Source: Octopus bimaculoides (lineage: Eukaryota). Taken from it: a stretch of DNA of 40,672 bases. The notes under the pieces were generated by a model, which saw nothing but the letters and a program-made list of their open reading frames with translations, did not search any database and had not been told where the DNA came from. The stretch is from positions 25,689,378-25,730,049 of the forward strand of contig NC_068994.1 in the NCBI RefSeq assembly GCF_001194135.2. Direction: 5' to 3'. This document shows positions 21,690 to 33,369 of the stretch, one piece after another. The position numbers and the translations under genes were made by a program. Every line of letters starts with the position of its first letter. The first letter of the stretch is position 1.

Positions 21690-23560
21690 CACAGCTAATT
21701 GCCAATCTCGATTTATTTAGTATCTGACACTATTACGGTGACGTCATCTGCATATGCAAACGCGGATTGTCAGCATCCTAGTTCTCGCGGGAAGTTCCTC
21801 GAAGACTCCAACTTTGCAGTAGTGGCTCCAGAGTCAGTATTACAGTAGAGAAAGGGGACGTCCTTGATGGACCGATTACACGACACTGAAGGATTCCGAT
21901 AGGCAGCCATTTCTTCTGACACTTGCAAATGTCATTGTATATTGTAACGATCCAGCCTCTGAAGATACCGAAACCAACAACCTTCAGGACAGTCGCCAAG
22001 TAGTGATAGTCAGCTCCGTTGAAAGCTTTTGACTGATCTAAACCGATCAAGTCCTCACTCCTGCAGGTTCTTTACTCATTCTTTCTATGTTGTAGGTAGA
22101 GGCTGTCGTGGATAGATTTACGACATGCACCAGACTTAGCTAACACCTGGGCCAAAATCTTCAACTCTGCATTTATCAGAGTTATCCGCCTAAAGTTGTT
22201 AAAATCACCCCAGTCCTTATTTTGAGTCCTTTCTCAACAGCACCACTACGATGTTCGCAGGACTTAGAATTCTCCTGTTCAGTTCTCTCAAACAAGTCTG
22301 GCATATGAAGATAAATCTCATAGAGCAGACCATCAAACTCCGGCGATTTCTCCCTCGTGCAGTCCATCATAGTTTCCCATATTTCGTCAGCTATTATCAG
22401 TCCTTTGCAGAACTCTGCATCCCCGGTCGAGAGTCGCAGCAAGCTACTGGGGTAGGCGGCAAATTCCACCTCCTTCTCTGGTCCATCGTCTACTCAAACA
22501 GTTGAGCGAAGTGTCTCTTGAAAGCAGCATACATCTGCTTGGAGTCGAGTAGCATACGCTCTTTACATTTCGGCAAATTATGGTTTCATTGTTACATTGC
22601 ATCTCGGCTACCCTGGCCCATCAAATGGCTTTTGCTCCTTTATGCGCTAGAGCGCGCACCCTATCTCTGCTAATGCAACCTTCATGCTTAGCGTTGAATA
22701 ATCAGTCAAGACTCAGTCACGCCACCAATACATCAGTCTTCTAAACGCCTTTTCTAAACGCCTCTTATAGATTACTAACCAGCTCTACTCCTAATATTTT
22801 CTATCACTATTTCCGTACTAAACCTAATCGGTTGTTGACGGTTGACTGGCAATCCTCGGTCAACTAGTTATCTATTTACCTGTCTCTGTAAACTTGACTT
22901 GCTGGGAAAGAAGCGTTCAGTTTCCAGTAACCACTTTCCTGTCTATATACACTCTTATCTACGTCGGCCGTACAGGTCTCATATTTGCGGTCTGTGTAGC
23001 CAACTTTGTATTGTGGACATCCAATGCTACCATGAAATATTGGTCTATAGTAAACTCTAGCTAGACACGATCTTGATGACCCGATGCTGTTTGGCTCATT
23101 CGATAGATCATGTTAGAACCTATCACCTTGCCTCACACGAGTCAGACATGCATCCAAGATGGTGTTCCAATCACCATTTACCACTACAGAGCGGGAAACC
23201 TCTAAACACCTGAAAAAAATCATTCCACCCTGCTCTAGTCGGGACATACATAACGACTAGTCTAAAAACATCACTTTGGTTATTGTTCACGTCCAGGACC
23301 AACAGCTTACCGTGCAGTCCAGGAAGATCAGTTGCATCTTTCCGAAGCAGCACCACCACCCATTCCGGGTTGAGTAAGAAATGCAAAGATCTCAAAATCA
23401 GGGGACAAAAAATTGTGTGCTTAGGCGTGTGTCGGAAATCCTGGTCTCGTCGATGGCTATCACACCCTAACCTAACGATCTGGGGTAATTGAACAGGTGA
23501 CCCTACTTCCAGTGTGACATCCGGGTCACGTGCATTTATACACTCAACTCGCAGAGCCGC
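21690..23560 (-). mobile_element. L1/Tx1-clade LINE ORF2 fragment (APE + RT)
   Basis: VIAIDETR; GKLLVLDV...FRLVVMYVP; EKSPEFDGLLYE; LDQSKAF...YLATVL..GFG; LTLEPLL; AYADDVTVIVSD (YADD at 21743-54). Confidence 0.88.
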
Positions 23561-23673
23561 TATACTGGTTGAAAGATAAAGAGAAAGAAACGGGTTATTT
23601 ACTCATTTGGTAGACATGGCGACTGGGTGTGAGAAGTACTTTACGATCCTACTCGCGTATTTCCAAATTCGAT

Positions 23674-24157
23674 GTAGTGTACGTCACAAGGGAATAACCT
23701 CACTTTCACGACGGTGTGTGTTCAACACATTCGGTTCATTGGCGCACAGGATTTGAGGACATTGGAGTTTCGACGCACACTACAACCACCAGCATATTGT
23801 GCGTTTGAATATGCCTAGACGTATTAAGAATAAATATGCATATAATCGTACCAGATCTCGCTGTACAAGGTACAAACAATGATTTTAATTTTATTGGTTG
23901 GCAGATATAAGCACTGAGCAAACAACTGGTTCGGTGCAATTAAACAAAACTAGCGGCTTGGTTTAGATTCAAAGGTCTGGGTGTTTCTGGCTGACAAACA
24001 CGTGTCGAAACACCGGTGTCACTGAATTCCAAACGCCAATGAACCGAATGTAGTGAACACGCTGTTGTCGTAAAAGTGAGGTTATTCTGTTGTGATGTGC
24101 ACTGAAGCGATCAGCATATTTTGCGTCTGAACCAGCCTAGACATATTAAGAATAAAT
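23674..24157. repeat. Composite inverted and direct repeat structure: A> B> spacer <A B>
   Basis: A (23674-23783) vs inverted A' (~24001-24103), best matched over the core ~65 bp. B (23790-23835) vs direct B' (24112-24157). Confidence 0.8.
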
Positions 24158-24206
24158 TGTTATATATATATATGTACACACACACATATATATCGCCTGT
24201 CATCCA

Positions 24207-24460
24207 TCACCATGTGGCGAACAGGACGTTTTCCTCAGTGGTGGCAATTTCAGGACGTCTAGACCTTGTGTAATTTAAATGACTCTCCCTTCCCCTCCTA
24301 AATTCAATTGTCCACTTTTGCACTGTTGATAAAGCTGGAGCGTCATCCCCTAATGTAGCGACCATGTCAGCATGAATATCCTTGGGGATAAAATCTTTTT
24401 CTGCAGGTACTTGATAACAGCATGATGCCAAATTTTGTTCATTTTCTACAGACGTCACTA
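24207..24460 (-). pseudogene. mariner transposase N-terminal (HTH) fragment
   Basis: PKDIHADMVATLGDDAPALSTVQKWTIEFRRGRES...RSRRPEIATTEEN. Confidence 0.85.
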
Positions 24461-24727
24461 CTGGTTACTTTTGAAGTCTTCTTTGAACAATCAAACGTCA
24501 GTTTATCTGGAAAGAAACAATACAGTTATTAATAAGAGGAGCTGAAATTAACGCATGCAAGATTTCACAGTATTTATGTTTGCTTGTTTACGACCGTTTT
24601 TCAGTACCTGGCCCATAGAAATAGGACTAATAACAGCTAGTCTGTATTGCTGGTTTGATTCTTGCTTGAAGGCATTTTGTTTTATTCCGTTTCACGTACC
24701 TGCAATATGGGGAACGTGGTTACTTCA

Positions 24728-24946
24728 CTTGCTAGAATTAGAGATCAAATATCACACCGGGAAAAATGCTAAGCAGCATTTCATCCGTCTTTACGTTCTG
24801 AGTTCAAATTCTACCGAAGTCGACTTTGCCTTTCATTCTTGCTGGGTTAATAAAAATAAGTACCAGTTGAGCACCGGGATCGATGTAATCGATATACTCC
24901 ACCCACTGAAATTACTGGCCTTGTGCCAAAATTTGAAACCAGTAAT
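24728..24946 (+). mobile_element. tRNA-derived SINE, near full length
   Basis: B box GAGTTCAAATT, central domain GTCGACTTTGCCTTTCAT...ATAAGTACCAGTTGAGCAC, and 3' end GGCCTTGTGCCAAAATTTGAAACC. Confidence 0.8.
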
Positions 24947-25039
24947 AAACACACGCGGTGGATAAAACCCTGCTTCATTTATTGCTAGTCGGTTGATTAA
25001 ATAACTCACTAATTCAGTACAACGGTTGCTAAAAACCTC

Positions 25040-26990
25040 CAAAAATAAAAACAATGCGTTAGGAACAATGAAATAGTGTACCTCCCTACAGACAAGTCTG
25101 GCAGAATGTCGGTAGACAGCCTGCCGAACTATGATCATCAATAACTTGAGAGCATTTGTATCACAAGAACATGACAAAGTAGAAAAACTTCTCAATGCAT
25201 ACATGGGAACGTGGTGCAAATTATTCTAACTTAAAAAGGAGACTGCACAAAATTTCCAAACGTGTAGCAACGATGTTCCTACAATCTATGGGTTACAGAA
25301 GGACCATAAGCCCTGCACGGACACAGTTGCAGGCCCCACCAACTCGGCCGGTTTGCGGGGCTAATATTTCCAGCTGCTATAGGCTGTCCTACTTCTCGGA
25401 GGTACTGCGACCGCTCAACGAGGTATCCCCAGATGTGAGCAATAAAGACCTCCTCAATAGAGTCAATGAATGTAACCGCCCAGACGACCTCACAAGTAAT
25501 ATGGACGTGATATCACTCTTTCCGTCTATTGACAGATTTTGCTGTGGCAGCGAAGTAAACACGAGGAAACTGGGCCTCCTCCTAAGATTAACCTATGACA
25601 GTAATTATTTAGATAATCATTACTTAAGTAGGTTCTGCTTCACCATGTTCGAATGGGAGAGATCACCCATCATTACATCGGCAGCGAGGAAAAGCGTCAC
25701 AGAATGCAGGAGTGGCTGGACTATACCCACTTAGGATCCAGAGAACAACAATTAGGTGAGAAAGAGGGTTGGATGTGCAATAGGTACTAGCATAAAAATT
25801 GTTTTGAAAAACCACATAACCAAGTTCAACAAGAAACTGTTTATGCAAGTTCAAGGAGCAGCCATCAGTGTCGATGTGGCTACCCTCTTCATGATTAGGT
25901 CGGACAAAAAACTTAGCAATCCTAGATAAACACTCTATAGCAGTAATACTATACTGTAGATATGTAGATGGTATCAATATTCTAGTTAGGACAATCCTAT
26001 ATGGTCGCATTGAGGAAGCTGAGAGGGGTACAATAGAGAGCACCCAGCGCATCAACTTCACCCCACCAAAGTATCAAGTATCAAGGTAACGATAGATTAC
26101 CTCACTAGGAACCCTAACAATAGATTCTCTGCCCCTGACACCAAACTTTGGTGAGAGACTACAAGCAAGAAAGTTCAACTTTTCCATTCTTATTACATGA
26201 AACCCATAGCTTCCAAATACGTTATTCATAAGAACTCAGCTTTATCACACCATGTAAACATATCGGATTTAGTTCGGACAATAACAACGTGTTCTGTTCT
26301 CGCAGTGAGAAATCTATAAAATAAAGAGACATGCACAGGACTTTATGCACCACATGCAATTCTCTGACTACAACCAGAGATAGGGTCAAAGTATATGGAG
26401 AGTGGGCAAGGAAGAAGTTAGATGATATCATAAGGATGCAAGTGGAACCTGTCCTAAATACCGGAGCAAGCAATGGATCAGACTACAGAGAATTTATGAT
26501 AAAGCAAAAAAACAAAAACAAAAAAAAAAACAAGTCATAAATTTCAAGGGGTCATGTTTGTAGAGGCTACGCCACATTGAGAGCTAGCCTGCAGATTTAA
26601 GAAGGCTCTGAAGGACGCTAAACTCAACATTACGATTGTAGAGAAACCAGGGAGGTCCACCAGATCACAGTTATGTAAGACATACTCCTTCGATATGGAC
26701 TCCATTGTATATACTTTTAACTCTAGTATTAACTGTAAGGCCAAGAATGTGGTTTACAGCATAAAGTGCATGGAGGGATTGTAAGAACCGGAATACAGTA
26801 TATATTGGGGTGACGTCTAGGAGTTAAGCGGAAAGACTAAGTGAAGATTTATTCATGTCTCGTGACAATCTTATTGAAGATTTTCTTAATCTTAGAAGAG
26901 AAACAATGACGATTGAAAATGTAACAGACACCTCCATAAATCACATGGATAACCAGTTGATTCAATATGAGCGTTGAACAATTTATTATA
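25040..26990 (+). mobile_element. Penelope-like element (Neptune-like), RT + GIY-YIG, degenerate
   Basis: IVYLPTDKSGR; PTIYGLQKDHK; PTRPVCGAN; MDVISLFPS (25501); QVQGAAI; RYVDG (25958-72, normally RYVDD); YMKPIASKYVIH..SA; CKAKNVVYSIKC...YIGVTSRS..ERLSE. Confidence 0.88.
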
Positions 26991-27000
26991 GTTTGCCAAC

Positions 27001-27011
27001 TGTAGACCACC

Positions 27012-27043
<32 letters not shown>

Positions 27044-27052
27044 CAACAACAA
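27001..27052. repeat. (CAC)n(CAA)n microsatellite
   Basis: Read directly from the sequence. Confidence 0.9.
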
Positions 27053-27174
27053 AAATGTGTTTGTTAATCCTGATGAAATAGATCCTCAACCGAAGTTTGT
27101 TAAAGTGGTCGTATAAATATGCTGAATATCGGATAAAGGATTATTTTTGAGCCAAGCTGGAAGCAACTGAGGTT

Positions 27175-28345
27175 TCTCCAGGAGAAACAGGCAAAACTTC
27201 TCTGGTGAATTTGTTACTGTCCCATGTTCGTAAAAATGACAGAATTGCACTTGCTTCATACGGTATTTTGGCTACATTATTGAAGCTCAGACCAGACTAC
27301 CCATTCTCTCTTTAAATTTACTGGTCTGGTAAAATCAACATCAATTTGCCATACATCTCCTTATGATGCATTTAGGCAACTTCTGCTTGATGCTCAACTA
27401 TTGGTGTGGGATGAAACCCCAATGTGCCACTAACATCTTTTCGATGATTTTAACCGCATGCTTCAACATATAATAAACAATAAACAACTTATGGGGGAAT
27501 TATTAGTCTTTAGGGAAGATTTTCAGTAACTTCTCCTCGTTGTCTGTCGAGTTCGATGATTTTCAGTAATTGAGGCAGTGCACTATGCAAACTGGTTGCT
27601 GGAAATAACTAAAGGAAAGATTTTAAAAATTGTTGATGCTGACACACCTTTCCAGACACTATTGTGGTTTCGTCCTTTCTAATTGTGAGTTTCAAAAAAA
27701 AATTTGGTTCAGTTTGTTTAATGCCAATTTAATGACACGCTACGAAAATAAACAATAGATGTTTTCAAGAGCTTTTCGGGGGGAAAAAAGATCGACCAAT
27801 TAAACGATGAATTGAGGAACTAAATAAACTTCCTGGAAATATGATTGCACTGAGAAGAGTTGATGCAATGGCAGATTAAAAACCAAGTTCTTTATTCCAC
27901 ATAATTTTCGAATTCATTAAATGTAAGTGGTATACCTTCTCACATTACCAAAATCAAAATCAAGATAGGAGCGTCAGTAATGCTTCTCTGAAACTTAGAT
28001 AATAGAAACGGCTACTATTAGAAACACGATTCTGAACGGTACTGACAATTTACTGGCTATCAGCAAACTTAGCAGTATGGACACTGGAAGGATACAAAAG
28101 ATTCCATGGATTTCTCTTCAACCGTCTAACATCGACTTGTCAGTCTCTAAAAAAAGAACTGCAATTTCCTATAAGGCCTGCTTTTGTTTTGACGAAAAAG
28201 TAAGAGTCAGCGATAATGTTTAAAGAGGAGCAAATAATATCTTCTGACACACTGACAATTATATACCGCAAATCGCAATCATCAGAGTGACTGATCCAAC
28301 AAACATGAGAAAATTGTTTATGGAGAGGTCACCTACATAAACATA
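27175..28345 (+). pseudogene. Helitron PIF1-type helicase remnant
   Basis: PGETGKTSLVNLLL (Walker A); LLVWDETPMCH (Walker B); MGELLVFREDFQ; SLNVSGIPSH...KIGASVMLL.NL..NG; LQFPIRPAF. Confidence 0.85.
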
Positions 28346-29454
28346 AATATTATAGAATGTAAGCCCTAAGGTTGCAAAGTATAAAAGAAATTTTTTTAAA
28401 TAAATGTCTTTTGTTAAACAATATCAAAAAAATTCACTGAAAAAGACAACCTAATTTTCAAAAATCTAATTAAAATGCACCCATCATCTATTTTTCTGAA
28501 AGTGAAAACTTTGTATTTAAGCGGAATATATTTTATATAAAAGGATGTATTTTGAATGGAAAAACAATTTAATATAAAATTTTGCCTTATTATCGGTAGC
28601 AAAGCGACGGATATCGAATGAATAAAATAAAATAACACATTCTAAACCTTCATCTCCTGAGTACTTTATCGTGTCAGTAGAAGCATTGCTCGTATCAATA
28701 CATGCGAGCGCGCACCCTCCCTCCGCACACATATATAGATGTACGTATAAGACGAATTAGAACGGACGTTAGAGCGCTGCATGGAATGTTCTGCTGTATT
28801 TGCTGCGACCTGTATTCGAATACAGATTTGATGACCTTTCGGAGTCTATAAAACATACTAATCGAGCACTTTGCTTTCGACGAGTCCAAGCTGCACCAAG
28901 CTAAAATAATTTTGAACGATAGTGTTCAATAATAGGTTCCGTTATGTGAAATGAATTGCTCTCACCAATCAATTTAAACTTTTGAAGCAATAAATCGTCA
29001 GGCCGTGATGCACACATTGGTATATTTGATGTAAGACCGTCCGGTATAAGTTTATCTAGTTTGCATGTTTCCAGAAATGATAAATGGCTTTTGATTTTAA
29101 CTGATAGAAATGTCGATTTATCATTTTCAGATTCGCATTTGAATGGTACAAAATCCAATGGCCAAGGATTGGGCTCATCACTGGGGTCTAGCGGAACTAA
29201 CAGGGCTGACAAACCAACTGTAAGAAAGGAAGAAAACGCAAAAGCTGTAATTTACATTACGATTTTCCTTAGACATCTGACTGTTTTGCTAACTTCCAGA
29301 ATTTCTAAATGTTTCAATTCTTATTCGGTGTAACATAAAATCAATCATTTCAATCTACTTGATTTTGATATTTTAAAAGGATTGACGTAACTCTTTACAA
29401 AGGTAAATAGACAATACGAAGAGCGCGATGCTGTTGCAATTGATATGTTATTGG

Positions 29455-29497
29455 TTGAACGATATTTCGACAGCTAGCGTATCTTTGTCGAGTTCAA
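29455..29497 (-). ncRNA. Degenerate minimal hammerhead ribozyme motif
   Basis: On minus: stem I TTGAAC/GTTCAA (6 bp); core TCGACAAA (vs CTGACGAA); stem II GATA-CGCTAGC-TGTC; GAAA-TA-TC. Confidence 0.5.
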
Positions 29498-29608
29498 AAT
29501 GAAAAGTGATAAAAATTCAAACTTATAGAAATTCTAATCCGAAATATGAACGGGAGCAACGTTGATAGAATTACATAATCAGTCTTCAAATTTAAAGTAT
29601 ACAACTAG

Positions 29609-29656
<48 letters not shown>
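29609..29656. repeat. Poly(A) tract, 48 nt
   Basis: Read directly from the sequence. Confidence 0.95.
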
Positions 29657-29665
<9 letters not shown>

Positions 29666-29844
29666 GAAAAGGAAAAACAAGAATATTTAATCAAACAGTT
29701 TTGTGTAAATATGATAAAATTCTCCTGTCATTTTATTAATTCCTCCAGGGTGTGATGTTAATAACCTGCAAACATACTTCTCCGCATGCATTTTGAGTAG
29801 TGAAAGTGTAGCAGATTCAGAATATTTTCTGTGAATATGTAGTC

Positions 29845-30173
29845 GCAAGAGAGGTAAGCCCTGTTCATTGTGCAACAATATGAGTCAAGTGAATTCCATC
29901 AGGAATCATCGCAGAAAAGTTATGATTTACACGGAAGGTGGGACGTGTAGAGACTCCCATTTAGTGTACGTAGCAGAATGCACCAAACACAACTTGATTT
30001 ATTTTTGTTGTACGAGAGAACAATTAAACAAAAGATTCAATGAGCACAGATATGAGGTCAGGCACAATAATAGCAGTTCGACAGAACTTGCCGAACATTT
30101 TACATCAAACAGCTGCAATTTTGCAAATGACTTGAGAGTGCATATTTTCAGAAAATATTCTGAATCTGCTACA
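29845..30173 (+). pseudogene. PLE GIY-YIG domain fragment, inverted relative to the adjacent PLE
   Basis: KRGKPCSLC; GTCRDSHLVYVAECTKHNLIYFCCTREQLNKRFNEHR; TELAEHF..NSCNF..DLRVHI. Confidence 0.85.
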
Positions 30174-30177
30174 AATC

Positions 30178-31385
30178 TTGACAAATTAAGTAAATATAAG
30201 GACCTGGAAATTGAAATACAAATGATGTGGCATCTTAAAGCGAGAACTGTCCCCTGTTATGATGTCGCTAGAACTGTGCCATAGGACCTCCACAATAGTA
30301 CTTATCTAATACAGAGGACTGAATGCTGCAGCTTGTATTCAAACAGGACGACAGCAAAAATTCACATTCTATAGTCAAAGAAGCTTGCAAATTTGCAACG
30401 AAACTTGGCATTAACCCTGAATTAAATGAAGAACCTGAAACCACTGCCACCAAACAAGAAAACGGATCAGACAGACTGCAAAAAAGAACGGGCAGAAACA
30501 AATTGAGGGACAGTGGAGCCAGAAGCTTCTGCATAGACAGTATATACTTCGAAGTCGAAATGCTGATGTAAACCAAGCAACAACCCATCAGTGGCTGTGA
30601 AGCTCAGGACTGAAAGCAGAGCCTGAAGGTTTCATATTAGCGGCACAAGACCAAAGCTTGCTTACCCAATACTACCAGGCCAACGTTCTTCAAAAAGATT
30701 CTGACCTTAAATTCAGATTCTGCGATACATTTGGCCATCTCGTCTCGGGATGTCCTGTGCTGACACTAAACGAATGCAAAAATCGTCACGTTAGGGTAGG
30801 ACAGTATTTACATTGAAAATGTATACACACTACAAAATCAACACTCCTGCTTACTGGTATGAACATCATCCTGAGCCAGTCGTTGACGGTAAAAATGTCA
30901 CTATCCTCTGGGATTTTCCAGTTAACACCGACAGAACGACCCAGGCTAATCGAGCAGAAATAGTCATTAAAGACAGAGAAGAAAATACTTGTAGACTAAT
31001 AGATGTAAATGTTCCCACTGATAAAAATATATCCGTAAAGGAATTTGACAAATTAAGTAAATATAAGGACCTGGAAATTGAAATACAAATGATGTGGCAT
31101 CTTAAAGCGAGAACTTTATTGTGGGTGCCCTAGGTGTGATAAGAAAGAGATATCAGAAACATGTACATAATATCCCAAGAGAACCATGTCTCAGAGAAAT
31201 CGAAAAGTACTGCCCACATCTTTAGAAAAAAACCTATCAATTTAAATGTCTGTGTTGTATTACATGAAGATATTTCGCTACTGGCCTTGCCACTTCCCCT
31301 CCCCAAGCTTCTATACTTTCTGGAGGAGTAACCTCAATCCTATAAATATTCATAATAATAATAATAATAATAATGATGATGACGA
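30178..31385 (+). mobile_element. R4/Dong-like RLE LINE 3' fragment 1 of the stack, with (AAT)/(GAT) tail
   Basis: HQWL.SSGLKAEPEGFILAAQDQSL; DTFGHLVSGCPVL; ILWDFPVNTDRTTQANRAEIVIKD (PD mutated to AE); LIDVNVP.DKNISVKEFDKLSKYKDLEIEI. Confidence 0.9.
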
Positions 31386-31387
31386 TG

Positions 31388-32330
31388 AAATGATGAAGCC
31401 AATTCAACCTCAATCCTGCTATAAATACCTGGGAATACTTGAGGCAGATGGAATCAAACACCACGACATGAAGGAAAAGACAAAAATAGTGTCTGCGGCG
31501 AGTGAGAAAAATATTGGCTTCAAAGCTGAATGCCAGAAACATAATTTCGGCAATAAACTCGCGCACAGTTGCAGTAGTTCGGTATGGCGCTGGAATCCTG
31601 AAGTGGACAGAGAAAGAACTAAAGCTCCTAACGATGCATGGAGCCCATCATCCACGTGCAGACACTGATCGCCTATGGAGCAAGGGGATTGATAAATGTG
31701 GAAGACTGCGTGTGTATCGAACTCGAGAGTTTGATGAGATACCTAGCCCAAAGTAAGGAAACCTTGCTAGTGGCAATTAGGAACAAGGGAGTATTGAGAG
31801 AAGAAAAAAAGAGAAATCAAAGGAAGAAGTACAAAAAGGACATGAAGAAGAATTACGCAAGAAGGGACTACACACTCAATTCCATGTATCCACAACAGAA
31901 GCCGCTGGAAAAAATAGGTGGGATTGGCTGATGAAAGGAACGTTAAAAAAAACTGACCGAGAGCACTATACTGGCAGCACAGAACCAAGCTCTGGTCACG
32001 AACTGGAAGACGAAAAAATAGATAGATACAAACTTCTTAAGTACGAAGTAGTCCGGCTATGGAAAATGAAGAAGGGGAAGATAGTGCCAATTATTGTTGG
32101 GTCCTTTGGAACAGTATCAGAAGGCATCAAGAGGAATATAAAAGAAATTGGAATAGAGTGCCCAGTAGAATTGTTATAAAAGATTTGCCTTCTTGGCACG
32201 GCCAGAATAATCAAGAAAGTATTAGACAACTGAAAAGAACGAATTGCATGGTACCGTAGGCCGCAGGTAGTAAGCCCGCTACGCATGCAAGACCCCAGGA
32301 GCTTTTGTAGAGTGGGAAAAAACTTAATTA
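31388..32330 (+). mobile_element. R4/Dong-like LINE fragment 2 of the stack
   Basis: YKYLGILEADGIKH; ILASKLNARNIISAINS..VAVVRYGAGI; HHPRADTDRL; GARGLINVEDCV; EKIDRY..LKYEV.RLW; LLGTARIIKKVLD*. Confidence 0.9.
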
Positions 32331-32334
32331 GCAA

Positions 32335-32850
32335 AGCTAGACAGAAGAACTAGGAAGGAATTCAATATGAATGGAGGATTCCACCCAAGGGCAGGGGTAG
32401 CAAAATTATACTTACCTAGAAAGGAAGGTGGAAGAGGGTTAATATCGGTAGAAAACTGCGTGGAGTTAGCTAAAGTAGATACAGACTCCTATGTAGCAAA
32501 AGTTAACTGACTGGCAGGAGAAGGCTTTGCATGGTAGTTTCCCAAAGATAGTGCAGGAAATAGTAGTAGTGATACATAGTTATGGTTGCAGAAACGAAGG
32601 CTGCAAAGGGAGATGGAAAGCACAAGCTCAAGGATTAAGGACTAATCGGTTAAAAGCTAATATTTGAACAAATGGATAGAGGAAATAGGCATAAAACCTA
32701 GTTTAGTACAGCTCCAGAAAACAGTATTATTAGGGACACCTAGAATACTTAGGAGGGTTCTTGGCATCTAAGGTTACTTGTTGTAGCCCTATGTTAGGAA
32801 TTTTTCTTTTCCAGCAGTGTAATCTGTTGTGTGTATATGAGTAATGATAA
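32335..32850 (+). mobile_element. R4/Dong-like LINE fragment 3 of the stack (internally deleted)
   Basis: LDRRTRKEFNMNGGFHPRAGVAKLYLPRKEGGRGLISVENCV; LQKTVLLGTPRILRRVLGI*. Confidence 0.88.
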
Positions 32851-32852
32851 TA

Positions 32853-33340
32853 CGAGACATGCTATGTCGACTGTCATGCAAGTTCTCCTTTTTTTGTGGT
32901 GAATAAAAAAGAAAGAACTTGCATGATAATCGACATAGCATGTCTCGGTGATAATAGTATCAAAGAGAAAGAAGAAAAGCTGAACAACTGCGACGGTTTG
33001 AAACGGGAAATACGAGGGTTGTGGTCAATGAGGAGAGTAGACGTGATTTCAATAGTAATTAACGCACTTGGAAGTATCAGCACTCAACTACCAACATGGT
33101 TGAAAAAGATTGGTACAAATGTAAAGTCAGAACACCTACGAAAATCAGCATTGCTTGGAATTGCAAGAATTCTCCGCAGGGTTCTTGAAGCATGACCAGT
33201 AAACAAGTGTCACCTTAATCTACTGGCTGTGAACAGCTGACACTTTCCATCATACCCTGCAAAATAAACTGAGAATTTTCATCAAATAATAATAATATTA
33301 ATAATGATGATGATGATGGTGAAAATGGTGATGATGATTG
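32853..33340 (+). mobile_element. R4/Dong-like LINE fragment 4 of the stack, with 5' snap-back inversion and (AAT)/(GAT) tail
   Basis: KKERTCMIIDIACLGDNSIKEKEEKLNNCDGLKREI..LW...LRKSALLGIARILRRVLEA*. Inverted arms at 32853-95 / 32905-47. Confidence 0.88.
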
Positions 33341-33369
33341 AGACGTACAGGCCCCTAAATGATGCGATT

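Larger units (their letters stand above)
28740..29845 (-). mobile_element. Penelope-like element in partial-tandem (pseudo-LTR) arrangement
   Basis: On minus: GIY-YIG C-terminus (RKYSESATLSLLKMHAEKYVCRLLTSHPGGINK, 29839-29690), T-rich UTR, hammerhead-like motif, candidate splice acceptor, then a PLE-type N-terminus (KIKSHLSFLETCKLDKLIPDGL). Confidence 0.7.

Noticed and set aside
24500-24560. TIR for the mariner fragment at 24207-24460
   Set aside because: No convincing partner TIR or TA duplication.
29609-29656. Poly(A) tail of a processed pseudogene
   Set aside because: No preceding spliced ORF or TSD; it lies in the UTR of the minus-strand PLE as a T-run.
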